From Alphaproteobacteria bacterium (GTDB taxonomy: Bacteria > Pseudomonadota > Alphaproteobacteria > MPNO01): a stretch of DNA of 64,000 nt. The DNA lies in NCBI GenBank assembly GCA_965248835.1, contig CBDFLJ010000001.1, forward strand, positions 1,632,001 through 1,696,000, read 5' to 3'. The position numbers and the translations under genes were made by a program. Below the pieces are notes generated by a model. That model made no database searches and had not been told where the DNA came from. It saw nothing but the letters and a program-made list of their open reading frames with translations. This document shows, in pieces, positions 8,843 to 18,018 of the stretch (position 1 is the first letter of the stretch; each line of letters starts with the position of its first letter).

Positions 8843-9025
8843 TCAAAGGCCCCGCGGCCCGTCATTGGCCTCGCCCGTTGCGCGGTGTTTTTTCATTCTC
8901 TTCCGCGCCAAGTAGAAGACGCCGAACAGGATGGCCACGCCGAGGATGATCAGCAGCGTGGCGCCGCCTCCGGAGCTCCCGGTGTCGACGATTCCATGGC
9001 CCGCGAGTGCGCGCGAGACCGGCAT
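8843..9025 (-). CDS. putative 60-aa single-pass membrane protein
   Basis: GGAGGG RBS before ATG 9025; TM segment LLIILGVAILFGVFYL followed by ARKRMKK. Confidence 0.55.
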   Translation of the reverse strand: MPVSRALAGHGIVDTGSSGGGATLLIILGVAILFGVFYLARKRMKKHRATGEANDGPRGL

Positions 9026-9116
9026 CAATCCCTCCGAATTCGGTTCGGCGGATCTTACCGCTTCGGTCCCGGCGTGGCGAGCGCTTCGAGGCGCTCGGCG
9101 CCCCTTCGGGCATGGA

Positions 9117-9135
9117 TTGCACAATATGTTTGCAA
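9117..9135. promoter_or_regulatory. AT-rich imperfect palindrome, candidate operator between divergent units
   Basis: TTGCACAATATGTTTGCAA (TTGCA-N9-TGCAA) in a GC-rich background. Confidence 0.5.
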
Positions 9136-9196
9136 ATTGCTGGCTGGGCCAACAGCATGTTCACCGTCAGCGGCCGATCGGAAGGGGAGGCCCGCG

Positions 9197-10711
9197 GTGA
9201 GCGAACCCAAGCGTCGGACCATCCTTCAGAACGCGCACCTTATCGACCCGGCGCAAGGAATCGACCGGGTCGGCGATGTCGTTATCGAGGACGGGCGTAT
9301 CGCGCGCATCGGCGCGCCCGTCGATCCGGCCGGTGCGGACACCGTCGACCTTTCGGGCCTCTACCTGTCGCCCGGCCTGCTCGACCTCCATGTCCACGCT
9401 TACGGGACGCTCGGCTTTGCCGATCCCGACAGCATCGGCATCCGCCAGGGCGTGACGACCTTCGTCGAGGCCGGCGGGCCGGGCATCGGCACGTTCGAGG
9501 AATATCTCGCCCTGATGACCGGGCGCACCGCGACGGACCTCTATGTCGGGCTCTATTTCCGTCCGATGGGGATCATCGGGCTCAACTATATCGAGGGCAA
9601 GGTCCGCAGCCTGATGGACTTCCCGCTGGCCCGGTGGATGGACCTCGCCGAGGCCAACAGGGACGTGCTGCGCTATCTCAAGATCGGCGCCTTCGGCAGC
9701 TACGGCACCGGGCCGCTCAAGATCGGCAAGGGGCTGGCGGAGATCCTGGAGTTGCCGCTCTACGTCCATATCGGCGAGTTCCAGGAACGCCCCGATCAGC
9801 TCTCGACGGTCGAGATCTTCCGCATTGCCGAAGCGGGCGACATGATCACCCACGTCTATCACAACAACCTCGGCGGCATCCTCGATGAAGACGGCAAGGT
9901 GCTGCCCGTGGTGGTCGATGCCGAACGCCGCGGCGTGCTGTTCGATATCGGGTTCGGCGGCTACAACTTTTCCTGGGATGTCGCCGAGAAGGCCTATGCC
10001 CAGGACCTGGTGCCCCATCTGCTGAGCTCCGATCTCCAGCAGTTCAATGTCAACGGCCCGACCTATTCGCTGGCCAACGTGCTCAGCGTGTTCCTGCGGC
10101 TCGGCCTGTCGCTGTCCGAGGTCATCGCGCGCGCAACGATCAACCCGGCCCGCGCGCTCGGGCTCGACGACCGCGCCGGCAGCCTGCGGCCGGGCATGCC
10201 GGCGGATATCACGGTCTTCCGCCTCCAGACCGGCGAATTCGAGCTTGCCGACTGCTATCGCCGCAGCCGCATGGCGGACAAGCGGATCGTGCCGGTGATG
10301 GCGTTCAAGGGCGGCGTCGGCTTCGAGTCCGATCTCGATCTGTGCCGCGACGAGCGCAACTGGTTCATGCAGATCGCCGAGGACCGCCCACCCGAAGCCG
10401 CGCGCGCCCTTTCCGCCGGCCAAGCAGCGTTCCTCGGCGGGCTCGCCGCCGCCCTGGACTCATCGCAGTGGCAATTGACCAAGCCCGAACAGCTCGACCT
10501 CGATACTGCGACCATGCTGCAGGAGACTTTCCACCGCGTGCGCAAGGACCATGATCTGGCCCTCAAGCCGGCGCTCGAAGCGGTGTTCGACAGCTTCCTC
10601 GACCACCCGTTCACGATGCAGATCGGCCTGTTCCTGTTCCGCCTGGAAAAACCGTTTGCGGTCCACAGGCTGCGCGAGGTCGCGGGCCTCGATCGCGAGG
10701 CGGCGCGATGA
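9197..10711 (+). CDS. metal-dependent amidohydrolase (dihydroorotase/deacetylase-like) with C-terminal extension
   Basis: GTG after GGGGAGG; PGLLDLHVH, YVHIG, ITHVYH, SSDL and ADITVF motifs. Confidence 0.85.
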   Translation: MSEPKRRTILQNAHLIDPAQGIDRVGDVVIEDGRIARIGAPVDPAGADTVDLSGLYLSPGLLDLHVHAYGTLGFADPDSIGIRQGVTTFVEAGGPGIGTFEEYLALMTGRTATDLYVGLYFRPMGIIGLNYIEGKVRSLMDFPLARWMDLAEANRDVLRYLKIGAFGSYGTGPLKIGKGLAEILELPLYVHIGEFQERPDQLSTVEIFRIAEAGDMITHVYHNNLGGILDEDGKVLPVVVDAERRGVLFDIGFGGYNFSWDVAEKAYAQDLVPHLLSSDLQQFNVNGPTYSLANVLSVFLRLGLSLSEVIARATINPARALGLDDRAGSLRPGMPADITVFRLQTGEFELADCYRRSRMADKRIVPVMAFKGGVGFESDLDLCRDERNWFMQIAEDRPPEAARALSAGQAAFLGGLAAALDSSQWQLTKPEQLDLDTATMLQETFHRVRKDHDLALKPALEAVFDSFLDHPFTMQIGLFLFRLEKPFAVHRLREVAGLDREAAR

Positions 10712-11058
10712 CCGAGGGCGGGTGGCGGGTGCTCGAGCGCATCGATCCCGACGCGGCGGCGTTCCCGGCCTGCGCGCGGGTCGATGGCCAGGACGTGCTG
10801 ATCTTCCGCACCGAGGATGGCTACCGCGCGACCCAGCGGACCTGTCCGCACCAGCACGGCAACCTCGCCGACGGCCGGATCCTCGGCAACGGCGCGATGC
10901 TGCGCTGCGCGCTGCACGGCTATACCTTCAGGCTCGCCGACGGCAAGGGCGTCAACTGCCCGGGTTTCCGCATCCGGGTCCATGACGTGGTGCGCGACGG
11001 CGACCGTTTGCTGATCGGACCCGCCGCCTCGATGGACACCCCCCGGACGCAAACGTAA
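10708..11058 (+). CDS. Rieske [2Fe-2S] ferredoxin
   Basis: CPHQHG...CALHGYTF Rieske motif, 116 aa; ATGA overlap with upstream gene. Confidence 0.85.
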   Translation: MTEGGWRVLERIDPDAAAFPACARVDGQDVLIFRTEDGYRATQRTCPHQHGNLADGRILGNGAMLRCALHGYTFRLADGKGVNCPGFRIRVHDVVRDGDRLLIGPAASMDTPRTQT

Positions 11059-11067
11059 ACTCGATCG

Positions 11068-11535
11068 ATGACGGATTGGCGGGCGATCACGTTGAGCGTC
11101 AACGGCGCGTCCCGCCAGGCGCTGGTCCGGCCGCGCGATACCCTGCTCGACGCGCTGCGCGACGGGCTGGGGCTGACCGGCGCCAAGCGCGGCTGCGATC
11201 AGGGCGTCTGCGGGGCGTGCACGGTGCTGGCCGACGGGCGGGCGGTCCGCGCGTGCCTGTCGCTGGCGCTCAATTGCATCGGATGCGAGATCCGCACCGC
11301 CGAGGGCCTCGCCCGATCCGGCACGTTGGACCCTGTGCAGCAGGCCTTCATCGATGCCGGGGCGATCCAGTGCGGGTTCTGCATGCCGGGCATGGTGGTC
11401 TCCGCCAAGGCTCTGCTGAACGACAACCCGGCGCCGACGGTCGAGGAGATCCGCGAGGCCATCGCCGGCAATATCTGCCGCTGCTCTGGCTACGTGAAGA
11501 TCGTCGAGGCAATCCAGGCGGTCGAGGGAGCCTAG
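11068..11535 (+). CDS. Mo-hydroxylase small 2x[2Fe-2S] subunit (CoxS/XdhC-like)
   Basis: GCDQGVCGACTV, QCGFCMPG and NICRCSGY motifs. Confidence 0.93.
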   Translation: MTDWRAITLSVNGASRQALVRPRDTLLDALRDGLGLTGAKRGCDQGVCGACTVLADGRAVRACLSLALNCIGCEIRTAEGLARSGTLDPVQQAFIDAGAIQCGFCMPGMVVSAKALLNDNPAPTVEEIREAIAGNICRCSGYVKIVEAIQAVEGA

Positions 11536-11536
11536 C

Positions 11537-13837
11537 ATGGCCGAGCGGATCCGCGCGGTCGGCGCCCGGTTGCCGCGAAACGACGCCCGGGAGAAGATCG
11601 AAGGCGCTGCGCACTATCTCGACGACATCGCAAGGCCCGGCACGCTGCACGCCGCCTTTCTGCAGAGCCCGCTCGCCCATGCGCGGATCGTGTCCTGCGA
11701 CACCGCGGCGGCGGACAACCACCCGGGCGTCCATGCGGTGCTGACCGGCAAGGACCTGCCAGTCCTCGGCGGCGGCGCGGTCAAGGATATGCCTTTCCTT
11801 GCCGTCGGCAAGGTGCGCTACCTCGGCGAGCCCGTCGCCGTGGTCGCGGCCGAAAGCCCGGCGATCGCCCGCGAAGCGGCCCGGCTCATCGATGTCGAAT
11901 ACGAGGCGCTTCCCGCCGTCCTTTCGATCGCCGACGCTCTGGCCGAGGGTGCGTCGCTGGTGCACGAGGACTTCGGAGGCTACGCAAAGTCCCACCCGGT
12001 GGAGCACGACGGCAACGTGCTGTCCTTTCAGGAGATGGTCGAGGGCGACGTCGATGCCGCCTGGGCGGACTGCGACATGATCGTTGAGAACACCTTCACC
12101 ACCCAGGCCCAGTACCACCACGCGCTGGAGCCCACCGGGGCGCTTGCCGAATTCGACGCGGCCGGCAAGGTGACCATCTGGTCGACCACCCAATCGGTGT
12201 TCCGCGTCCAGGCGGAGGTCGCCGAACTCCTCGCCATGCCGATGTCCAAGATCCGCGCGATCTCGCCGCGGATCGGCGGGACGTTCGGCGGCAAGGGGGG
12301 CGCGCATCTCCAGCCCGTTGCGGTGGAACTGGCGCGCCGCGCCGGCCGTCCGGTGAAGGTGGTGCTGCCGCGCGCGGACGATTTCACGATGATGCTGCGG
12401 CGTCATCCGGCGCGGATCCATATCAAGACCGGCGCGAGGAAGGACGGCACCGTGCTGGCGCGCGAGGTCGACATCGTCCTCGACGGCGGCGCCTATTGCA
12501 ACGAGAGCCCGGCGGTCCTGGGCTTTGCGATGCTGATGGCGCGCGGGCCTTATACCATTGCCAACGTCCGCGCCACCGGTCGCGTGGTCTACACCAACAA
12601 GCTCCGGTCCGGCGGTTTTCGCGGCTTCGGCAATCCGCAATCGACCTTCGCCGGCGAATCCCAGCTCGATGAGCTCGCCGCCTGTCTGGGCATCGACCCC
12701 TTCGAGATCCGGCTCAAGAACGCAATGCGCGCCGGCGACAAATGGATGGGGGGACAGACCGTCGAGGCCTGCGGCCTCATCGAGTGCATCGAAAAGGTCC
12801 GCGCGGCAGTGCGCGGCCGGCCGCGGCGCGCCGAAGCGCCGGACGGCAGCAAGCGCGGGCTCGGGATCGCCTGCCTCGCTCATGTCTGCGGGTTCCTGTC
12901 GACCAGCGCCAACGTGCGCCTGCTCGAGGACGGCACGGTTACGCTCAGCACCGGCGCGGTCGATTGCGGCCAGGGGTCCGACATCGCGCTGGCCCAGATC
13001 TGCGCCGAGACGCTTGGCCTGGACATCTCGGCGGTTAACGCCGTCAATCCCGACACCGATGCCTCGCCCTATAATTGGGGAACTTCCGGCAGCCGCGTAA
13101 CCTACATGGTGGGCCGGGCGGTCGCTGCCGCCTGCGAGGAGGTCAAGGAGCGCATCTTCGCGCACGCCGCGGAGATGCTCGAATGCGCCGTCGAGGATCT
13201 CGAACTGCGTCCGGGCGGCTTCGTCGGCATCGCCGGGGTACCCGACCGGCAGGTCAGCTTCGCCGCCGTTTCCGACCGCGCCCATTGGGCGATCGGCGGG
13301 CCGATCATGGGCCAGAACGCGCTGATGTACGATGGCGAGCGGTTCGATCCCAAGCGCGCAGTGATCCGCGGATTCCCGTTCTCCAACATCGGCACATACG
13401 TGTTCGGTGCCCAGGCGGTCGAGGTCGAGGTCGACGAGGCTACCGGCCGGATTACGCCGCTCGAGGCGTGGTGCGCCCACGATGTCGGCCGGGCGATCAA
13501 CCCCCTGACGGTCGAGGGACAGATCCAGGGCGGTTTCGTCCAAGGTCTCGGCTACGCGCTGACCGAAGAACTGGTCTGGGACGACGGCGCGCTCGTCAAC
13601 CCGACGATGATGGACTACAAGGCGCCCGGCGCGATGGACGTGCCATACGCGATCAACCCGATCATCGTCGAGCACCCCGAGCCGTCCGGCCCGTTCGGCG
13701 CGAAGGCGATCGGTGAGCCCGGCCTGATCGGCGCCGCGCCTGCGGTCGCCAACGCGGTCGCCGATGCGACCGGGACCCGGCTGCGCGAACTGCCGATGAC
13801 GCCCGAGCGCGTGCTGGGCGCCCTGCGCAGACGCTAG
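11537..13837 (+). CDS. xanthine dehydrogenase family molybdopterin-binding large subunit
   Basis: IGGTFGGK, GGFRGFGNPQ, GQGS, EGQIQGG and GAKAIGEPG motifs. Confidence 0.92.
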   Translation: MAERIRAVGARLPRNDAREKIEGAAHYLDDIARPGTLHAAFLQSPLAHARIVSCDTAAADNHPGVHAVLTGKDLPVLGGGAVKDMPFLAVGKVRYLGEPVAVVAAESPAIAREAARLIDVEYEALPAVLSIADALAEGASLVHEDFGGYAKSHPVEHDGNVLSFQEMVEGDVDAAWADCDMIVENTFTTQAQYHHALEPTGALAEFDAAGKVTIWSTTQSVFRVQAEVAELLAMPMSKIRAISPRIGGTFGGKGGAHLQPVAVELARRAGRPVKVVLPRADDFTMMLRRHPARIHIKTGARKDGTVLAREVDIVLDGGAYCNESPAVLGFAMLMARGPYTIANVRATGRVVYTNKLRSGGFRGFGNPQSTFAGESQLDELAACLGIDPFEIRLKNAMRAGDKWMGGQTVEACGLIECIEKVRAAVRGRPRRAEAPDGSKRGLGIACLAHVCGFLSTSANVRLLEDGTVTLSTGAVDCGQGSDIALAQICAETLGLDISAVNAVNPDTDASPYNWGTSGSRVTYMVGRAVAAACEEVKERIFAHAAEMLECAVEDLELRPGGFVGIAGVPDRQVSFAAVSDRAHWAIGGPIMGQNALMYDGERFDPKRAVIRGFPFSNIGTYVFGAQAVEVEVDEATGRITPLEAWCAHDVGRAINPLTVEGQIQGGFVQGLGYALTEELVWDDGALVNPTMMDYKAPGAMDVPYAINPIIVEHPEPSGPFGAKAIGEPGLIGAAPAVANAVADATGTRLRELPMTPERVLGALRRR

Positions 13838-13965
13838 GCTTCCTGCTGGGCGGCTTGCGAACCCCGGTGCGTTGCGCTCATACTTCTTGCGACACGACAG
13901 CTTGGGGCGCCGAATCGGGGCCTTCGCGCCGCCGCTGAACAACGAATGACCAGGAGGGAATTGGC

Positions 13966-15111
13966 ATGGACAAACGGCTCTCACGACGGACCGTTCTCGG
14001 CGGTCTCGGTTCCACCGCCATCGCCGCGTCCATGGGTGGTGGCGCGGCAGCCGCGTCGCGCCTGACCGAAGGCCAGGTCGCGGCACTGGCGGACTGGCAG
14101 GCCGGCGCTCCCCCGGAGTGGCATCGGATTATGGCCAAGGCCCGCGAAGAGGGGACGCTCACCGTGGGCGGTTTCCCGGCGCTCGCCCGGACCTTGCCCG
14201 CGGCGTTCAAGCGCGACACCGGCATCGAGCTGAACTGGTTCGGCGGCCGCCCGTCGGAGGTCTCCTCGCGCTTCGCCGCCGAGGCGAGGGCAGGCAACAT
14301 GTCCATCGACGCCTCGCTCGGCGGCGGCCGGGAACTCGGCGAGATGAAGACGGGAGGCTTTCTCAACCCGGTCAAGCCCCAGCTCATCCTGCCCGGCGTC
14401 GCGCCGGAAAACTACCGCGGCGGCAAGCAGAAATTCATGGACAACGAAGGGCAGTATCTCCTGCAAGGCGCGCAATGGGTGTTCGGCTGGCTGCTGGTCA
14501 ACAAGGACATCATCGACCCGAGCGCGATAAAGAGCTGGCAGGACACGCTCAAGCCCGAGTACCGCGGCAAGATCATCTCGCACGACCCGCGCAGCCCCGG
14601 GCCCGGACAGGGCGCCACAAGCTGGATTTACAGCCAGTTCGGCATCGGGTTCATCAAGGACTTCTTCCTCGGCCAGAAGGCCCAGCTCACCACCAGCAAC
14701 CGGCAGGTCGTCGCCGACGTCGCCAGGGGAACCAAGCCGATCGGCTTCGCGTCGATCCAGTTCTTCGTCGAACGTTTCCGCAAAGAAGGGATCAAGAATC
14801 TCGCGGTGGTGCTCCCCGACGATGCCCCCGGCTACCTCACCGGCGGGTTCAGCGTCCTCAAGCAGGCGAAGGGTGCGCCCCATCCCAACGCCGCACAGGT
14901 CTTCATCAACTGGTATGTCAGCCGCCCCGGTCAGGAGGCCTATGAGAAGACGATGATGGAAACCAGCCGGCGCAAGGATGTCCGGACGGATATTCCGCAA
15001 TATTTGAGGCCCAGGTCCGGGGTCAAATACTACGAGGCCTACAACGAGGAAAAATATTTCAGCCGGCGCCCCGTGGTGAAGGTGATCACCGAGGCGCTCG
15101 GCAACCGATGA
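13966..15111 (+). CDS. ABC transporter substrate-binding protein (Fe3+/thiamine/polyamine-type fold), Tat signal
   Basis: SRRTVL twin-Arg signal; IKSWQDTLKPEYRGKI and APHPNAAQVFINW; AGGAGG RBS. Confidence 0.85.
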   Translation: MDKRLSRRTVLGGLGSTAIAASMGGGAAAASRLTEGQVAALADWQAGAPPEWHRIMAKAREEGTLTVGGFPALARTLPAAFKRDTGIELNWFGGRPSEVSSRFAAEARAGNMSIDASLGGGRELGEMKTGGFLNPVKPQLILPGVAPENYRGGKQKFMDNEGQYLLQGAQWVFGWLLVNKDIIDPSAIKSWQDTLKPEYRGKIISHDPRSPGPGQGATSWIYSQFGIGFIKDFFLGQKAQLTTSNRQVVADVARGTKPIGFASIQFFVERFRKEGIKNLAVVLPDDAPGYLTGGFSVLKQAKGAPHPNAAQVFINWYVSRPGQEAYEKTMMETSRRKDVRTDIPQYLRPRSGVKYYEAYNEEKYFSRRPVVKVITEALGNR

Positions 15112-15149
15112 CCCGCGGCGGCGGGCGGCGCTGAACCAAGGCAGCGCGG

Positions 15150-15668
15150 ATGACCGGCGGCAGCCGCGAGGCGTCGGCATCCCTGCTGCGCGGGGCGCTC
15201 CGCGCAGGAGTCGATGCGTGCGTCTACCTGCCCGACAGCGTCCTGTCCTCGGTCATCAGCGCCTTCCGCGACAGCGGCGAAATGATGATGGTGCCTTGCG
15301 CGCGCGAGGACGAGGGCATCGCCATCGCCGTCGGGCTCGATCTCGGCGGGCGCAACCCGGTGTGCATGATGGAGGCCTCGGGCCTCGGCTACAGCGCGCT
15401 GATCCTGGCCCGTGCCCAAGTGCAGCGAACGCCCGTGGTCGTGGTCGCCAGCCACACCGGCGGCGGCGGCGAGCCCTACGACTATCACGGGGCGACCCGG
15501 CTGCTGTCGGAGGGCGTGTTCAACGGTCTGGGCATCCCCTACGAAATCGCCGGCGAGAGCGAGGACCTCGAAGCCTTGATGTTCCGCATCGTCCAGACCG
15601 CGCGCGCGCAGCGCCTCTGCTTCGGGCTCCTGGTTCCGCCCTACCTCGCCGCGGGAGCGCGACGATGA
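15150..15668 (+). CDS. ThDP-dependent decarboxylase, Pyr-domain subunit (ComD / phosphonopyruvate decarboxylase N-terminal-like)
   Basis: YLPDSVLS, AREDEGIAIAVG and MMEASGLG motifs. Confidence 0.8.
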   Translation: MTGGSREASASLLRGALRAGVDACVYLPDSVLSSVISAFRDSGEMMMVPCAREDEGIAIAVGLDLGGRNPVCMMEASGLGYSALILARAQVQRTPVVVVASHTGGGGEPYDYHGATRLLSEGVFNGLGIPYEIAGESEDLEALMFRIVQTARAQRLCFGLLVPPYLAAGARR

Positions 15669-16252
15669 ACCGGATCGAGGCGATGGATGCGGTGGCCGCC
15701 GCGCGGGGCGACGCCGTTGCCTTCACCGGACCCGGAACCAATTCCGGGTTGCTGTACGAGCGGGCCGATGCGCCGGCGACCATCTACAACATGGACATGG
15801 GCTACGCCACGGCGATGGCGCTGGGCGTCGCCCTCGCCCGCCCGGACAGGCGCGTGATGGCGATTGAAGGCGACGGGTCGTTTTTCGCCGGCGCCGCCGT
15901 TCTGTCGACGATCTGGCGGATGCGGCCGGACAACTTCGTCGTGGTCGTGCTCGACAACGAGGTCTGGGGCACCGGCGAGGGGACGGAGCCGACGGCGACG
16001 GGGTGCGGCACCGATCTCGCCGGGCTCGCGCTCGCCAGTGGCTGGGACCGGCAAAACGTCCATACCCCCGGCGGCGCGAACGAGCTCGCCGACCGCCTTG
16101 CCGCGGCACAACAAGGCGCCGGCCCCCAACTCATCGTCTGCAAGACCGACACCAGCCGTGACATGCCGTCCTCGCCGAATCGGCCCGTTCCCAAGCGCCA
16201 TCAGCTCGACTGCGCGGTGCTCATGCGCGCGGAGCTGAGCCGCGATGGCTGA
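15665..16252 (+). CDS. ThDP-dependent decarboxylase, PP-domain subunit (ComE-like)
   Basis: MGYATAMALGVALA and ThDP motif EGDGS...LDN; ATGA overlap with the alpha subunit. Confidence 0.82.
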   Translation: MNRIEAMDAVAAARGDAVAFTGPGTNSGLLYERADAPATIYNMDMGYATAMALGVALARPDRRVMAIEGDGSFFAGAAVLSTIWRMRPDNFVVVVLDNEVWGTGEGTEPTATGCGTDLAGLALASGWDRQNVHTPGGANELADRLAAAQQGAGPQLIVCKTDTSRDMPSSPNRPVPKRHQLDCAVLMRAELSRDG

Positions 16253-17999
16253 GGCCAGAGCGCGGGACATCAGGCTCGCCGGCCCGGACTTCGCGATCAC
16301 CGGATCCGGCGCGGCGCAGCTTGGCGCGCTGCGCGCATTCGGCTGGTTCTGCCTGGTGCTGGTCGCCCTGATCTGCGTGGCGCCGGTGGCGTTGATCATC
16401 CTGGGCGGCCTCAGCGAAGGCAACCCGGTGAACGCCTTCCGGCCCTCGCTCGAGCCCTGGGCCCGGGCGCTGGCAAGCACGCACACGCTCGATTCGATCG
16501 TCACCTCGTTCGTCCTCAGCCTGCGTGTCCCGGCCGCCATGCTGATCGCCTTCTTCATCGCCTGGTACCTGGCCAGGAACGACGTCTTCGGCAAGCGCAT
16601 GATCATGTTCTCGCTCTGGGTCGGCTTCTTCCTGCCGATCCTGCCGGCGACGCTGGGCTGGATCCTGCTGCTGGAGCCCAATTACGGGCTGGTTAACAGC
16701 TACGCCAGGCTGCTGCCCTTCATCGGTGGCGCGCCGTTCAACATCTACTCTCTGGGCGGCATCACCTGGGTGCATATCACCCTGACGACCATCCCGATCA
16801 TGGTCATCCTGCTCGAGCCCGCCCAGCGGTTGATCGACGCCTCGTTCGAGGAGGCCTCGACCATGTCGGGCGCCGGCACCTTGACCACCCTGCGCCGGGT
16901 GACGGTCCCGCTGATCGCGCCGATGATGCTGACGGCGTTCATTGCCGGCACCATCCGGTCCCTGGAAGCCTTCGAGGTCGAGCAGCTCCTGGGGCTGCCG
17001 GCGGACATCCTGGTCTATTCGACCCGGATCTATCATCTGCTGCGGGTGGTGCCGCCCGATGAGCCGCAGTCGATGGCGCTAAGCACGTTTTTCCTGGTGA
17101 TCCTGTTCGTGCTGGTCTTCTTCTACAGGGTCTGGCTGCAGCGGGCGAGCATGGCGGCAACGTTGACCGGCAAGGGGGCGCGCCTTCAGCCACGACAGCG
17201 GAGCCGGCGGTCCCATGTCGTCGCCTCGCTGCTGTTCGCGGGCATCGCGGTGACCATCGCGCTGCCGTTCGCGATGGTGCTGCTGAGCTCGTTCTCGAGG
17301 CTGTTCGGGTTCTTCCACCTCGCCGATCCGTGGACCATCGCTCATTGGGCGACGGTGCTGCACGGCACGGCGTTCATCGGCGCCTTGAACCAGTCGCTGA
17401 CCACCGGGGCGGCGGTGGCGGTCGTCGGTACGCTGCTCTATCTCGGGCTCGCCTGGTTCATTGCCCGCAACGCCTTTCCCGGCAAAGCGGCGATGTCGCT
17501 GGCGATCTGGATGCCCTGGGCGCTTCCCGGCGTGCTGCTCGGCACGGCGTTCCTGATGGTGTTCCTCAACGTGCCCTTCGTCCGGCTTGCCTACGGCACC
17601 GCGGCGGCGCTGGTCACCGTGCTGATCGTCCAGGGCCTGCCGTTCGCGACCCACATGTTCGAGGCCTCGATCGGGCAGGTCTCGCGCGAACTCGAGGAGG
17701 TCTCGCTAATGAGCGGCGCCGGCCCGCTCGAGACCGTCCGCCGCATCACCGCGCCGTTGATCGCGCCCATGGTCGCGACCGTGTTCGTGCTCTCGTTCAT
17801 GTCCGCGGTCAAGGACATCAGCGCGACGGTGTTGGTCTCCACGCCCGGCACGCTCACACTGCCGCTCCTGATGTTCAGCTACGCCACCTCGGGCAGGCTC
17901 GAAGCGGCGTCGGTGGTGGGCGTCGTCACCGTGGTGATCGCCATGATCATGGCGCTGCTGGTCACCCGCATCGGTGATCGCGCCGCGGTGATGCGGTAA
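16245..17999 (+). CDS. ABC transporter permease, fused double TM domain (FbpB-like)
   Basis: two EAA loops (FEEASTMSGA, LEEVSLMSGA), about 12 TM. Confidence 0.9.
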   Translation: MAEARARDIRLAGPDFAITGSGAAQLGALRAFGWFCLVLVALICVAPVALIILGGLSEGNPVNAFRPSLEPWARALASTHTLDSIVTSFVLSLRVPAAMLIAFFIAWYLARNDVFGKRMIMFSLWVGFFLPILPATLGWILLLEPNYGLVNSYARLLPFIGGAPFNIYSLGGITWVHITLTTIPIMVILLEPAQRLIDASFEEASTMSGAGTLTTLRRVTVPLIAPMMLTAFIAGTIRSLEAFEVEQLLGLPADILVYSTRIYHLLRVVPPDEPQSMALSTFFLVILFVLVFFYRVWLQRASMAATLTGKGARLQPRQRSRRSHVVASLLFAGIAVTIALPFAMVLLSSFSRLFGFFHLADPWTIAHWATVLHGTAFIGALNQSLTTGAAVAVVGTLLYLGLAWFIARNAFPGKAAMSLAIWMPWALPGVLLGTAFLMVFLNVPFVRLAYGTAAALVTVLIVQGLPFATHMFEASIGQVSRELEEVSLMSGAGPLETVRRITAPLIAPMVATVFVLSFMSAVKDISATVLVSTPGTLTLPLLMFSYATSGRLEAASVVGVVTVVIAMIMALLVTRIGDRAAVMR

Positions 18000-18018
18000 G
18001 CGGCGGGTCCTGCGGCGC

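Noticed and set aside
9105-9125. Sigma54 promoter for the catabolic operon
   Set aside because: GG-to-GC spacing is 9 nt rather than the required 10
11537-13837. 4-hydroxybenzoyl-CoA reductase HcrA
   Set aside because: No HcrB flavoprotein or CoA ligase context, so a specific assignment is unsupported
15150-16252. Phosphonate or coenzyme M biosynthesis cluster
   Set aside because: No PEP mutase or comABC; the importer and hydrolases suggest catabolism
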